This document shows, piece by piece, positions 37,591-48,401 of a DNA stretch of 64,000 nucleotides. The notes beneath the pieces were generated by a model. It did no database searches. It saw only the letters and a list, made by a program, of their open reading frames with translations, and was not told where the DNA came from. The first letter of the stretch is position 1, and each line of letters starts with the position of its first letter. Origin of the DNA: a virus; IMG/VR virus record IMGVR_UViG_3300033146_000658, positions 5,330-69,329 of that record, one strand, 5' to 3'. The position numbers and the translations under genes were made by a program.

Positions 37591-40500
37591 TATGTTTTAC
37601 TTTAACCCAGTTTTCATTAATCCACTTACCGTCTTCTCCACGGCGACTTCCTATATTAACATAACCTAAATCAGCTTCGCTATTAGATTCTTCATTAGTA
37701 ACAATATCCGGCTCTTTTACTTCGTCCACTACTGTTTTTTCCTCAACAACTTTCTCAATAGTTTCTTTTTTAGGATTAGCCTTATCGTATGCCGCTTGTG
37801 ATTTATCACCCCATATACCATCTACCGTAACACCTAAACTTTCTTGCTTTTTAGCATTAGCGTATTCGGGTGTGCCTTTTAAAAACATCTTACCCTTTGG
37901 TTTAGCGTATTGCGGATACATTATCTTGTCACCATTCTTAGCATCTTCGATAAATCCAATAGGTTTATTGCCGTCTACTGATGCATAGTCATAGGCGTCC
38001 TTTACTATGTCTTTTTTAGGTCTATTGTTCCTGTATGATATGTGTCTATTAGTGCCATCACTTGTTGGCACATAAACTTTTGTTGAGTAATTATCGCCAA
38101 TTCCAACTACATTATTTGCATTTGGCTTGACATTTTTATAATAATTATGTAATTTTAACGAATCGTTATAAGTCTTATATGATTTATCATTCTTATTATC
38201 AACAAAGCTATAATCCATATCACCACCATCTTTAATGGGGGGATTATTAGGTATGACCATTCCGTGGGCAGCGTGAATTGAACTATCCCCTTTAGTAAAA
38301 CTTACATTACCTTTATTAATACTTAATTGAACACCGCCGGACTTGTGACTAGGGTGGCCTTTTAAATCCTTAACTACTCGCCATTTACCACCTTTCTTAA
38401 ACCCCGATTGCATTCCGTCTTTAGCTTTAGGGGAGCCTCCACCTTTACAGTTTTCAATATCTTCTTCAGTAGTTTTATTGTTAACTCTCATTAAGTCAAC
38501 TTGTCTCTTATAACTACCATCACTAAGCATTTTGCTAAGTAGCTCTAATGAATTTTGAGACCTAATGACTTTCTTTATTTCCGCAGAGACCTTATCATGA
38601 CTGCTATACATTGCATTAAGCTCAGAAGTAATTTCATCCTTCCTTTGAATTAGCTCATCTTTTGAGGCTGTGTCACTATCTATATTCTCTTCATCTTCCT
38701 TATTAAACTCATTAAGTTTATTGGATATATCAAGCATCTCTTTACTTAGCTTGTCTATAGATTCCGATATAGCAACTTTATTGTCATACAGTTTATCTAA
38801 CCCGCTCGATTCAGCTATTCTGGCAGTATGATAGTTATCTTCTTGAAATAAATCATGTTTAACTTTTCTAATCCCAGTTATTTTACTTTTATTAACATTA
38901 ATATATTTACTTATGTTATTAAATAAATCCAATGGTATAGAATCGTTTAATCCGGCTTCGTCTCTTGATATATATTCATTTAATAATAATTCTTGAAATA
39001 CCTTCTTCCAATCATTACCTGATAACATATCCTCGGGCTGATATCCTATATCCTTAAGCAATTCCTTGGCTTTATCTATATTGAATGTTTTTGATTTCAT
39101 CATATTGCCTATAACACTTTTTGCGCTAGAGACTTCTATATTATACTCCGGAATCATCATATACATTTTATCAATATCAAAGTCAGATCCTGATTTAACT
39201 ACGATTTCATCATATAATATAATGGTATCTCCCATTGTCGGCGGCAATATACCAACAACATCTATAGATTCTAGCGAAGACATAGCCTGAGTAGGTATAC
39301 GATAACCTATTAACCCTTTAAATATTTCAGGGTCAATATTTATATCACCCTTCCCTTTAGAGTTTAATATAAATCTTGCCTTATAATCTTCTAAGTCTTC
39401 ATCTTTACGCTGGGGCATTATTTTTTGAATAATATTAAATGGCATCAATACTTGCGCCCTATTACTCATTTTACCATCTTTTTCAATAATCATTGGAGAC
39501 AATCTTTCATTCTCCATCTCTTTTTTAGTCTTAAAGAATAACACCTTGGATTGATCCACATTACTTAAATCAGTAAACGCTCCAGAAGCCTGTATCATAG
39601 ACCCTCCATTTGTTTTGATTTTAGTAACCGCCTTAGTTATTTCACTAGCTATAATCTTATTTATTTTATCTCTCAATTGAGGCGTTACAGATATATCCCC
39701 AGTAGAGTATAATAATTCCATATGTGTCTCAGGAGTAGTATCTTTCAACTGATCCATTACAGCATTCATAAATGTGGATTTATCTACAGTGACCCCAGAG
39801 ATATCTTTACCATATCTTTTCAATACATCTTTAATTGCATTGTCTGATTTGGCAGCAAATAAACTAAATAATTCTTTTATCAAGACATCGCCTTTAACAA
39901 GACCCACCCCACTAATCTCATATTCTTTATTTATATCAAAATTGTATAAAATCTCTCTTTGTATTTGAGATCCTATAGATGTTGCGTGATGACCTTTGGC
40001 TGGTAAATCTTGCTGTATTCTATAACCTAAATTTGAATATTCATTTCTGTTAAGTGGTGAATCTTCAATATAATTACCATTATCATCAAATACAGTGCTT
40101 ATGTTTTGTGCTCCAGCCTTGTTCCCTGACACGAATATAACTTCGTCTATTTCGCTACCCTCTTCGCTTGATGTATTATACGTTCCGTCTTCATTAAACG
40201 CCTTACTATCCATCTTCTTCAATAAAGAATCTGAATGACCGGCCACCCCTGGAATTATAACAAACTGAGAATATTTGAAGTATACAGGCTTATTTCTCGG
40301 CCCGTCTTGCTGAACGTCATAATACACACCTTTAACCGGCTGCATTAGTATCTTAATATCTTCAGAATCAAGCTCAAATGGCCGATTAACCATTTTGTCA
40401 AAAACAGAATCCATACTAGGACTCCATTTACCAGACTTCTTCATAATAAATTTCCATCTATTAGGAGTTATCAACCCCCATCCATCAGCTCTGTTAATAG

Positions 40501-43414
40501 AGGAATATCCTTTATACATTTCCTTCTCAGACGGATCTGATTGATTAAAAGAACTTATTATCTTGTCTAAGAATACAGATTTTGCATTAACGTCATTTAT
40601 TATTGCCGCACCAAAATTAACATCTTTCTTATGTTCAACATTAAGTCGCTTCCCATCAGCGTATGCCGCAGGAACACGTTTAATCATTTCTAATCCACTT
40701 TTAAAAAATGCTTCAGAACCATGAAATATAACCATGTATTCATGAGTTGATATTTGTCTATTAAATATATAATCAATTATTATTTCTTCAGCAAGATTAG
40801 CATTTTCTTTAATCGATCCCTCTTTCGGTAATATTAAAGTTGTTGATTTAGCGTCATTAGACGTTGCTATATTACCATTAGTATCAACTGATATAATGCC
40901 CTTGTTGAGCATTTTCTGAATCTCTTTAAGCATTGACGCCTTCAGGTTATCGCTAATTGATTTATCAATAGATTTACTCACCTTCTCATCTCGCAAGGAT
41001 TCTAAATAAGTAGGATAATCTAATATCTTACTAAAGAATTCCCCCATAGAATAAGCTTTTGCTCCTGAATCACGAACCATTAATAAATGCTTCTCAAGAA
41101 CTTCCATGTCACTATTTAACGACTCATCCGTAAATTGCATTCCGGACGCTAATGATTCTGGTGTAATATCACCAACTGTTATTCCGCCGTCTTTTAATAC
41201 ATTGTATCCTGGTATAGCATTAAATTCCCTATCCCTATCCATAGATAATTTAAACTCATCATTAAACGTTCTGTCTTTTGACGGCTTAACCGACTTAAGT
41301 ATTCTATAAATATGTTCTGATGAATAAGCTAGTTCCTTTGATACAATATTGCCTTTAGCAAGAATTTTATTCTTCCATACCTTAATTAACTCAGGACTTA
41401 GTTCTCCATCAAGATTATCTATAGACATTCCATTTTTAGACAATAATCCATTAACATCTATCTTTGACTTAGGATTACCATCACTATCCATTGGTGACAA
41501 TGCGCTACCTAAGAAAGTCTTACTTAATACCGGTATTCCAGATATCCCTAATGTTGTAGATTTATCAGATGCGGTAAGACCCTCCTGTGCGTAATTTAAG
41601 GCATGCCCAGTGAGTTTTGTTATAGCGAATGAGTTAATAGACCTTTTTTCATTTTCTATAGCCCTAAGCTTCTTATTTGGCTTTTCTACTCTTCCTTTAT
41701 ATGCAAATAGAATTTTCTTAATGGATATATTTGATATCCGTTCCTTGCGTAATTCCAATCTCTCCTCTTCTGTGTATTCTTTTTCGTAACCAAGAATGTA
41801 TTCAAGTATTCTTGAACCTCTACCTTCGCCATGTCTATAAAATGACTCTAGTTGAGAGAAGTCGTTTTCTGATTTTGCTCTATTAAAGAAATCATCAATG
41901 AAATTTGCATTAGAAAATGCATATACTTTCTTTCCATCTGGCCCTAATTGTGAATAATCATCCATTGAATCAATTTTACTATATTTAGCAATTGATGCAA
42001 TTTTCTTAAGTCCAGATGACTCTTTCGACATTATGGAAGGAGTTTCCGTCGATACCCTGTCATGTTCCTTTAATGATTTAATGATATGACCTAATATCTC
42101 TTTATCGTATATTAAACTATTATTATTACTATTAATTTCTTCTACGGCACTTTCTGATATTACTATACCGAACTTTCTGTATAATAAATCGATATCAGCC
42201 GATGTGTAATCATCAGACTTCTTTAGTCGCTCATGCTCTGCTGACACCTCTTTAATTAACGCCTCGTTCTTTATAAAGCTATTAGCGTCCCTGCTCATTG
42301 AGAAAAATTTATTCAAGAATGAATTATTCCAATCCTCAATCATTTGACCCTCAGTGCTGTTTGCTGTTTTTGTATCAGAAACTTTAAGAACAAGCTTTTC
42401 CCCAACCTCCTGTAGCCCTTGAGCTTCAAAATTATTTGTTGATTGAGAAAATACGTGAATAAAATTATCTCTAGCAGATGGATTTTGTAATAATCTATTC
42501 CTCAATACAAGGAATTCGCTATTAGCCTCACCCATCTTTAGGAGCTTTTTACTCATGCTATCCCATATAGTAATAAGATCACCACCTTCACTAAGGCTCG
42601 GTGTAGTATCAGCTAATGTGGCCCATAACGTATTCTTAATACTTTTTGCGTTATGCACCTTAGGTATATATCTAGATCCATCAACAACAGGATTTTCATT
42701 ATCAACATATGGTATTCTTGATAATTCTAAATTAAGTAATGTACCTATCTTAGCGCTAGGATTAAGCTCCATAGCGTCACGAATACCTAGGTCGCCACTT
42801 TTCTTAGCGTCGCTTTCGGCTATTTCTTGAACGCCTAACGATCTAAGTCTTTTAGCAATGTTACTTTCGAGCTCATTAATCCCAGAATCTGTCTCTAATG
42901 CTAATTGTATTGCTGAATCATGCTCTGTTCCATTTGTAAACCCATCAACTATACCAAATGCAATATCTCTTATTAATTCAAAAGTTAAATTGCCAAGGAC
43001 ATCATTATCGACAACATCTGATGTTGGATCAAGATCCACAACATCACCAGTCGGCTCACCTTTGGTTATTTTAATAGCCCCTTCAATAGCCTTGTTTAAT
43101 ACCATCATCTCAAAAGAGGCCTTTACAATAGGGTCGACATTCTCGAATCCTGTAGGTATTAAATAACGCTTCGCACCTCTTTTATCAACTATAAAAAGTT
43201 TATCAGAATGACTCCTAAATACCTTTATTGTGCCAGATGATATAAATGCATTCCCACTTTCTTCATCATTAACATCACCGACTTCATTAATAAACCATTT
43301 CTCTTTAGTTTGGTTTATAATAATCTCAGCTTCAGATCTACTAAGGTTGTCATTAATCGTATATTTACTAATCAACTCTTCATGTATCGCTGATTCAATT
43401 TTGCAATTGCTCAT
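37583..43414 (-). CDS. virion DNA-dependent RNA polymerase, catalytic part (crAss-type)
   Basis: 1943 aa; YRIPTQ and GSDFDIDKMY (DxDxD at 39170-39184); KR, DG, QPVKG and KYSQ conserved blocks; C-terminal PG-binding-like DGIWG. Confidence 0.85.
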   Translation of the reverse strand: MSNCKIESAIHEELISKYTINDNLSRSEAEIIINQTKEKWFINEVGDVNDEESGNAFISSGTIKVFRSHSDKLFIVDKRGAKRYLIPTGFENVDPIVKASFEMMVLNKAIEGAIKITKGEPTGDVVDLDPTSDVVDNDVLGNLTFELIRDIAFGIVDGFTNGTEHDSAIQLALETDSGINELESNIAKRLRSLGVQEIAESDAKKSGDLGIRDAMELNPSAKIGTLLNLELSRIPYVDNENPVVDGSRYIPKVHNAKSIKNTLWATLADTTPSLSEGGDLITIWDSMSKKLLKMGEANSEFLVLRNRLLQNPSARDNFIHVFSQSTNNFEAQGLQEVGEKLVLKVSDTKTANSTEGQMIEDWNNSFLNKFFSMSRDANSFIKNEALIKEVSAEHERLKKSDDYTSADIDLLYRKFGIVISESAVEEINSNNNSLIYDKEILGHIIKSLKEHDRVSTETPSIMSKESSGLKKIASIAKYSKIDSMDDYSQLGPDGKKVYAFSNANFIDDFFNRAKSENDFSQLESFYRHGEGRGSRILEYILGYEKEYTEEERLELRKERISNISIKKILFAYKGRVEKPNKKLRAIENEKRSINSFAITKLTGHALNYAQEGLTASDKSTTLGISGIPVLSKTFLGSALSPMDSDGNPKSKIDVNGLLSKNGMSIDNLDGELSPELIKVWKNKILAKGNIVSKELAYSSEHIYRILKSVKPSKDRTFNDEFKLSMDRDREFNAIPGYNVLKDGGITVGDITPESLASGMQFTDESLNSDMEVLEKHLLMVRDSGAKAYSMGEFFSKILDYPTYLESLRDEKVSKSIDKSISDNLKASMLKEIQKMLNKGIISVDTNGNIATSNDAKSTTLILPKEGSIKENANLAEEIIIDYIFNRQISTHEYMVIFHGSEAFFKSGLEMIKRVPAAYADGKRLNVEHKKDVNFGAAIINDVNAKSVFLDKIISSFNQSDPSEKEMYKGYSSINRADGWGLITPNRWKFIMKKSGKWSPSMDSVFDKMVNRPFELDSEDIKILMQPVKGVYYDVQQDGPRNKPVYFKYSQFVIIPGVAGHSDSLLKKMDSKAFNEDGTYNTSSEEGSEIDEVIFVSGNKAGAQNISTVFDDNGNYIEDSPLNRNEYSNLGYRIQQDLPAKGHHATSIGSQIQREILYNFDINKEYEISGVGLVKGDVLIKELFSLFAAKSDNAIKDVLKRYGKDISGVTVDKSTFMNAVMDQLKDTTPETHMELLYSTGDISVTPQLRDKINKIIASEITKAVTKIKTNGGSMIQASGAFTDLSNVDQSKVLFFKTKKEMENERLSPMIIEKDGKMSNRAQVLMPFNIIQKIMPQRKDEDLEDYKARFILNSKGKGDINIDPEIFKGLIGYRIPTQAMSSLESIDVVGILPPTMGDTIILYDEIVVKSGSDFDIDKMYMMIPEYNIEVSSAKSVIGNMMKSKTFNIDKAKELLKDIGYQPEDMLSGNDWKKVFQELLLNEYISRDEAGLNDSIPLDLFNNISKYINVNKSKITGIRKVKHDLFQEDNYHTARIAESSGLDKLYDNKVAISESIDKLSKEMLDISNKLNEFNKEDEENIDSDTASKDELIQRKDEITSELNAMYSSHDKVSAEIKKVIRSQNSLELLSKMLSDGSYKRQVDLMRVNNKTTEEDIENCKGGGSPKAKDGMQSGFKKGGKWRVVKDLKGHPSHKSGGVQLSINKGNVSFTKGDSSIHAAHGMVIPNNPPIKDGGDMDYSFVDNKNDKSYKTYNDSLKLHNYYKNVKPNANNVVGIGDNYSTKVYVPTSDGTNRHISYRNNRPKKDIVKDAYDYASVDGNKPIGFIEDAKNGDKIMYPQYAKPKGKMFLKGTPEYANAKKQESLGVTVDGIWGDKSQAAYDKANPKKETIEKVVEEKTVVDEVKEPDIVTNEESNSEADLGYVNIGSRRGEDGKWINENWVKVKHNE

Positions 43415-43420
43415 ATTGTG

Positions 43421-46400
43421 TTATTTTTTACATTCATTCATTTCATTTAACGCATCTTGTATCTTCTGTAATTGAATTTTACCAAATTCAGATTTTGCCA
43501 TAATACTCCCATTGACCCCGTTAATTTTTAGACTAATATAATTTGACGTTCTCCCGGTATTAACCTTCTGAGCATTCTTTCCTGTTGATATAACATCGTA
43601 TTTATCCCCATTGATTTCAGCTATCATCGAATCAACTTCCTTAATAATGTCCTCTTTACTTAAATTATCATCAAATGTAATATTCTGAGGGAATTCATAT
43701 AGGTTATCTTCAACTAAAGGCTCAGTAATTTCATCCTCCTTAGTTTCAATAATATCTGTATTTTTAGGAGGTTTAATAGTAATTGCTTTTTCGTTATGCA
43801 TTTCAACACCCCATTTGATAGCTTCGCTTAAATCATTAAAGGACTTTCTTGTCTTGCGACTTTTCCTAAATGATGTTGTATATGTAATTTTACCATCCTC
43901 GTCCTCTTTAGCATCTATTTTGAATGTCAATTTAGCTTTATTAAATTCGGCTATAGTAGAGTAGTTGTTATCAGATTTTTCTTTAGCCTTCTTTACAACC
44001 TTAGATTTGCCTTTCTTAACATAATATCCATCTTTATTCTTTTCGTATCCAGCATCCTCCAATTCTGTTATTATAGAATCGACATCCTGTTTAGATTTCG
44101 CTAGATTAAAAAACTTTCTCTTAAACTCCTTATCATGACTAAGTTCAATTATTCTATTAATATTAGCTGATTTCTCATCTAATGATGACGCCTCTCTTAA
44201 TGACCTTAATGCTATCGATTGTTGACTGGCTTTCATTTTTGATTTTCTCCCAAGAGTGTTCTCAAAAGCACCAGACCCTGAAGTTGTTTTATTTTTGGAC
44301 GATTCTCTCTTAGCCTCCTTGTGAATATTAATCTTTGTTGTCATGATAGGAGATAATCCAACACTATCCTCTTCAGGGATAAATTCTACATTATCGGCTA
44401 TGTCTGTAGATAATACATTATTAATAACGAATGCGGCATAACTATCCTTCTCATAAGATCCTTCATTCCTTATAACATCAAATCTAACATTTGTCTTTAT
44501 ATCAGCGTTAATTAATGCTGCTTTAATAACATCTATACCAACTACTTGCCCAGAATTATTAGTTACTTTTCCTGAATTCTCATTAAATTTATATGATGTA
44601 TCGCCTATTATTACCGCCTTTGTTTTACTAAAGGTAGCTAATTTCTTTTTATTACCATCAATTAAAGTCTGCTCTCCGCTATTGACAAACATATCTAATA
44701 ATTCATACAATTTAGTCTTTGAATTAATTAAATCAGCATTTAACCCTAGTTTATTTATAACATTATCTCTCATTGCAGATAATACTTTACCATCATTATT
44801 ATTGCCAAGTGCTATATTAAACATTATTTCAGCAACTATACCAGCTAATTCCGGATGAGTATCATTTAATGAATTATGATTTAACTTAATAGGAAGTAAT
44901 CTACCTGACGCAGTCTTACCGGTGAAGTATATTCTTCCGGAACTATGGTCTTTAGCTTTGAGTTTTTTAAGAATTTGAGATAACTCAACTCCACTCTTAC
45001 CTTTTCCTTTAGACATTTTACTATAATCTAAATTCATATCGGAATAAACTAATAGTTTCTCTATTAAGTTCCCTATACGTTCGGATTCATTTTCGCCTAA
45101 GTTATCAACAGCGTTTAGTAAATTACGATCACCTCTAGACTCTTTTTCTTTAATTTTATTAATTGACTCAAAGACAGACGTATTATTAAATGTTACCTTT
45201 ACATCTTTATCCTTAACTCCTTTCTCATTCATTTTATCAGAAAGTTCTTTATAAATATTTCTTACACTCTGGTTATCAGAAGTATCTCTGCTTTCATTTA
45301 TTACATTATAAGCAAATGTTTTAAATACTACTTTCTTTCCTTTATTCTTCCCACTTTTAATAGTCGTTGTAACTACTGCCTTTAACCCAAAATTAAACTT
45401 CTTAGCAGCCTCCTCCATCGCTTTCGGATCATTTGGGGTATTGCCAGAATAATCTAAATCAGGTATTGTCTCCATTGACTTGCCTTCGGTTGAAACCGGA
45501 ATAATGTCTACTGATGTTGTTACATTTTCAGAGTCTACATCTTCGCCAAGGTCTTCAAGTTTTGATACATATTCATTGTAATCACCCTCTGAAGACTTAC
45601 TTTCAGTAGTGGCTAATGACATAGCTTTCAAATGACTATTCTCACTAGTCCCGCTAGTGGAGATGTCTTTCGACTTCTCGTTTTTATTTACCGGGCTAGT
45701 AACATTTGTCTTCTTCTTTGTGTTCTTTACTGATTTATCAGGTTTGCTATTCTTTATCTTAGAGTGTTCTTTAGCGACTTCTCTCTTGGCATCAAGCATT
45801 CTTGTAGCGGCCTTTTCTGATTGCTCTAATAATTCATTGAACTTATCAAGATTCATATCTTTACTAAAGTTCTCTGATATTAATTTAGCCCTATTCAATA
45901 AACCTTCTTTCCATTCAGTAATACCTTGCTCGTCTTTAAAATCCATTGAAGCAAATTGTTTAGCCTCTTCTTCAATTGCCTTTAGGTCTACTTTAGCTTT
46001 TTCTGTTGCATAAAATGCTGGGTCAGCAAATAATTGATTGCTTAAATTAATAGCATTATGCAATCCTATCTTAGCTACTTTAAGCTCTTTAAATGCATCG
46101 ACAACAGATTCGGCTTCTTGCTTTGAGTATCCTGATTTTTTACTATCCAAAATACCTATAACCTGCTTGAATACAGATGATGACGATGTCATATAATTAC
46201 CTAATTCAGACATTAATTCACGCCTTTTTTCCTCATCAACAAATCCAGCACTATTTAATGACATATTGAATGCATCCTCAATCTCAAAATTGTTCTCCTC
46301 TGAAATAAACTTATCTATTAGATTTAATCCATTTTCGTCTACAGTATTTAGTATATCAGACAATCCTGGATTTTCTGCTATAGCTGAGTCGAATGCATTA

Positions 46401-48391
46401 CGAATAGTCTTAACCTTATCCTCGATCATAGACTTAAATGAGTCCATCTTGTATAAATAGTATGCGTATTTATCTCTAGAGTAGGCATTTGTTATTCCTG
46501 ATTTATCAGCTTTTGACTGAGCTATACTATAATTCTTTATAGACCCTCTTAATGATTTTATTGTGTTATCTCTTAATTCATTAGCTTTCTCATTATAAGC
46601 TTCGTCATTTGTTGAATCTTCTAGGGAATCTCTTAGTTCTGTCTTATATTTAATAGCACTATCACTATCCATTACAGCATCTATGAATTCATCACCTTTC
46701 ATATCAGATACATCATCAATCATAGAATGAGCTATATCTGTATATCCGTATTTAACAAATGGTTTAAAAAATCCAACAACAGCATCATCATAAAGATCTT
46801 CACTATTAATATCATTATCAGAGTTCTCTATCCCATTTAATGATGCCTGAGTATCTTGTAACGATCTTAATTTATCTATATTGTATTTAGGAAGTCTTAA
46901 TCCATCAAGTTCAGCAGCCATTTCTTTAGCTGTTTTCTGATCCTTTCTGTATTCAAACATTCTATTTATAGAACTACCCTCCCATGACAATCCAGTCCAA
47001 GACATTATATTCTTAGCTCTTTCTTTCTCGTTCTTATCTTTGTTATTCTTTCTAACCGATGGCGATCCTATCATACCTATAAGCATCCCCATATAAGCTT
47101 CATGACGGCCTGCCACTGTCATTGTAGACTTCCAGAATCCGTCGCCTAAAGCACCTAACGCATCAGTTATGCTAACATCTTCAGTTCCGCTACCAGAGCC
47201 ATATGCTCGATTAACAGCGGTAGATACAACACCCTGAGACATTTCCTCCATGCCTTCTGATATAGGATTCTTTAATGTATTCTTAAATATCTTACCAGTT
47301 AATGCTAATTTGCTCATATCTTGATATTTAGCAGACAGCTTACCATTTTTAACTGTTGTTTTTAAGAAATCTTTAGCACCCTTAAACTCTTTACCTATCG
47401 AGCTAAGCCTCATAGCCGATGGGGATTTAAATAAATTAGGGAACTGTATCATATTTGATGCCTGAACTATTGCTACATTAGCAAAAAATACCTTAGCTTC
47501 AGCGTCATGAATTCTTGAGTTAATCTCTTCTTCATTAAGCCCCTTTGACTCAAGGGTGTGTCTTAACTCCTCCATTGCACCTTTAGTCTCTACGATACCT
47601 TCCCATGCGGCTCCGTTAAGAAATGTCTGCCGGGCAATCCTTCCAACATCATTTACGGTTTTCCATTTTTGAGCAGCTCTAGCCACCTTATTAAATTTAT
47701 CCGCACCTGATGCTAATTGAGATGCTTTTTTAGCTGAATTAGCTAATCTAAACATTCTTCCGACTTTATTAGCTATAGCCAAAGAGGCTAGTCCGCCTGT
47801 GGCCATTTCCGATATAGCGGCACCAGCAGTAAATGCTAATGCGTCAGCTACACTTTCGGCGAATAGCGTTCCCGACCCTTTAAAGAATCCCCTCTCATCA
47901 AAATCCTTAGGCTTGTATATACCCATCTCATCCTCAGCCCATGACGTCATACTATCTGTAAGGTCAGTAAAATCATTATCATAAAATTTTGAACGATCAC
48001 CAGTAGCCGCCCACGCAGTTAATCCGTAACCGGCTCCAGTTATATTACCACCGACCTGTATTGCTGTTTTAGCCGCAAATTGACCAAGAACCTTCGCGGA
48101 GTTTCCCCACGCGCTAGATTCATCATACATTGTATCTTCAATGTTGGCCATTGTTTCATTATTCCCATTATATGAAACATCATCAAATGCTCTATTATAG
48201 TCCTGAAGCATATCGCTATCTTTAACAGATATTGACATGCGATCCATCTTAGGCCTATTCATGTTTGATTCATCGACTGCTCGAGAACTCCATGCACCTG
48301 TTTTTATATCTGAGAAATCAAAATTCTGCTGATTTGCTACAGGTATTTTTTCACCATCGCTAGCGACTGCTTTCATTCTTAAATTAGACAT
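43421..48391 (-). CDS. giant virion cargo/ejection protein
   Basis: 1656 aa; Gly/Ala-rich N-terminal third with EGMEEMSQG; adjacent to the RNAP gene as in crAss-like phages. Confidence 0.65.
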   Translation of the reverse strand: MSNLRMKAVASDGEKIPVANQQNFDFSDIKTGAWSSRAVDESNMNRPKMDRMSISVKDSDMLQDYNRAFDDVSYNGNNETMANIEDTMYDESSAWGNSAKVLGQFAAKTAIQVGGNITGAGYGLTAWAATGDRSKFYDNDFTDLTDSMTSWAEDEMGIYKPKDFDERGFFKGSGTLFAESVADALAFTAGAAISEMATGGLASLAIANKVGRMFRLANSAKKASQLASGADKFNKVARAAQKWKTVNDVGRIARQTFLNGAAWEGIVETKGAMEELRHTLESKGLNEEEINSRIHDAEAKVFFANVAIVQASNMIQFPNLFKSPSAMRLSSIGKEFKGAKDFLKTTVKNGKLSAKYQDMSKLALTGKIFKNTLKNPISEGMEEMSQGVVSTAVNRAYGSGSGTEDVSITDALGALGDGFWKSTMTVAGRHEAYMGMLIGMIGSPSVRKNNKDKNEKERAKNIMSWTGLSWEGSSINRMFEYRKDQKTAKEMAAELDGLRLPKYNIDKLRSLQDTQASLNGIENSDNDINSEDLYDDAVVGFFKPFVKYGYTDIAHSMIDDVSDMKGDEFIDAVMDSDSAIKYKTELRDSLEDSTNDEAYNEKANELRDNTIKSLRGSIKNYSIAQSKADKSGITNAYSRDKYAYYLYKMDSFKSMIEDKVKTIRNAFDSAIAENPGLSDILNTVDENGLNLIDKFISEENNFEIEDAFNMSLNSAGFVDEEKRRELMSELGNYMTSSSSVFKQVIGILDSKKSGYSKQEAESVVDAFKELKVAKIGLHNAINLSNQLFADPAFYATEKAKVDLKAIEEEAKQFASMDFKDEQGITEWKEGLLNRAKLISENFSKDMNLDKFNELLEQSEKAATRMLDAKREVAKEHSKIKNSKPDKSVKNTKKKTNVTSPVNKNEKSKDISTSGTSENSHLKAMSLATTESKSSEGDYNEYVSKLEDLGEDVDSENVTTSVDIIPVSTEGKSMETIPDLDYSGNTPNDPKAMEEAAKKFNFGLKAVVTTTIKSGKNKGKKVVFKTFAYNVINESRDTSDNQSVRNIYKELSDKMNEKGVKDKDVKVTFNNTSVFESINKIKEKESRGDRNLLNAVDNLGENESERIGNLIEKLLVYSDMNLDYSKMSKGKGKSGVELSQILKKLKAKDHSSGRIYFTGKTASGRLLPIKLNHNSLNDTHPELAGIVAEIMFNIALGNNNDGKVLSAMRDNVINKLGLNADLINSKTKLYELLDMFVNSGEQTLIDGNKKKLATFSKTKAVIIGDTSYKFNENSGKVTNNSGQVVGIDVIKAALINADIKTNVRFDVIRNEGSYEKDSYAAFVINNVLSTDIADNVEFIPEEDSVGLSPIMTTKINIHKEAKRESSKNKTTSGSGAFENTLGRKSKMKASQQSIALRSLREASSLDEKSANINRIIELSHDKEFKRKFFNLAKSKQDVDSIITELEDAGYEKNKDGYYVKKGKSKVVKKAKEKSDNNYSTIAEFNKAKLTFKIDAKEDEDGKITYTTSFRKSRKTRKSFNDLSEAIKWGVEMHNEKAITIKPPKNTDIIETKEDEITEPLVEDNLYEFPQNITFDDNLSKEDIIKEVDSMIAEINGDKYDVISTGKNAQKVNTGRTSNYISLKINGVNGSIMAKSEFGKIQLQKIQDALNEMNECKK

Positions 48392-48401
48392 ATTGTATTA
48401 T

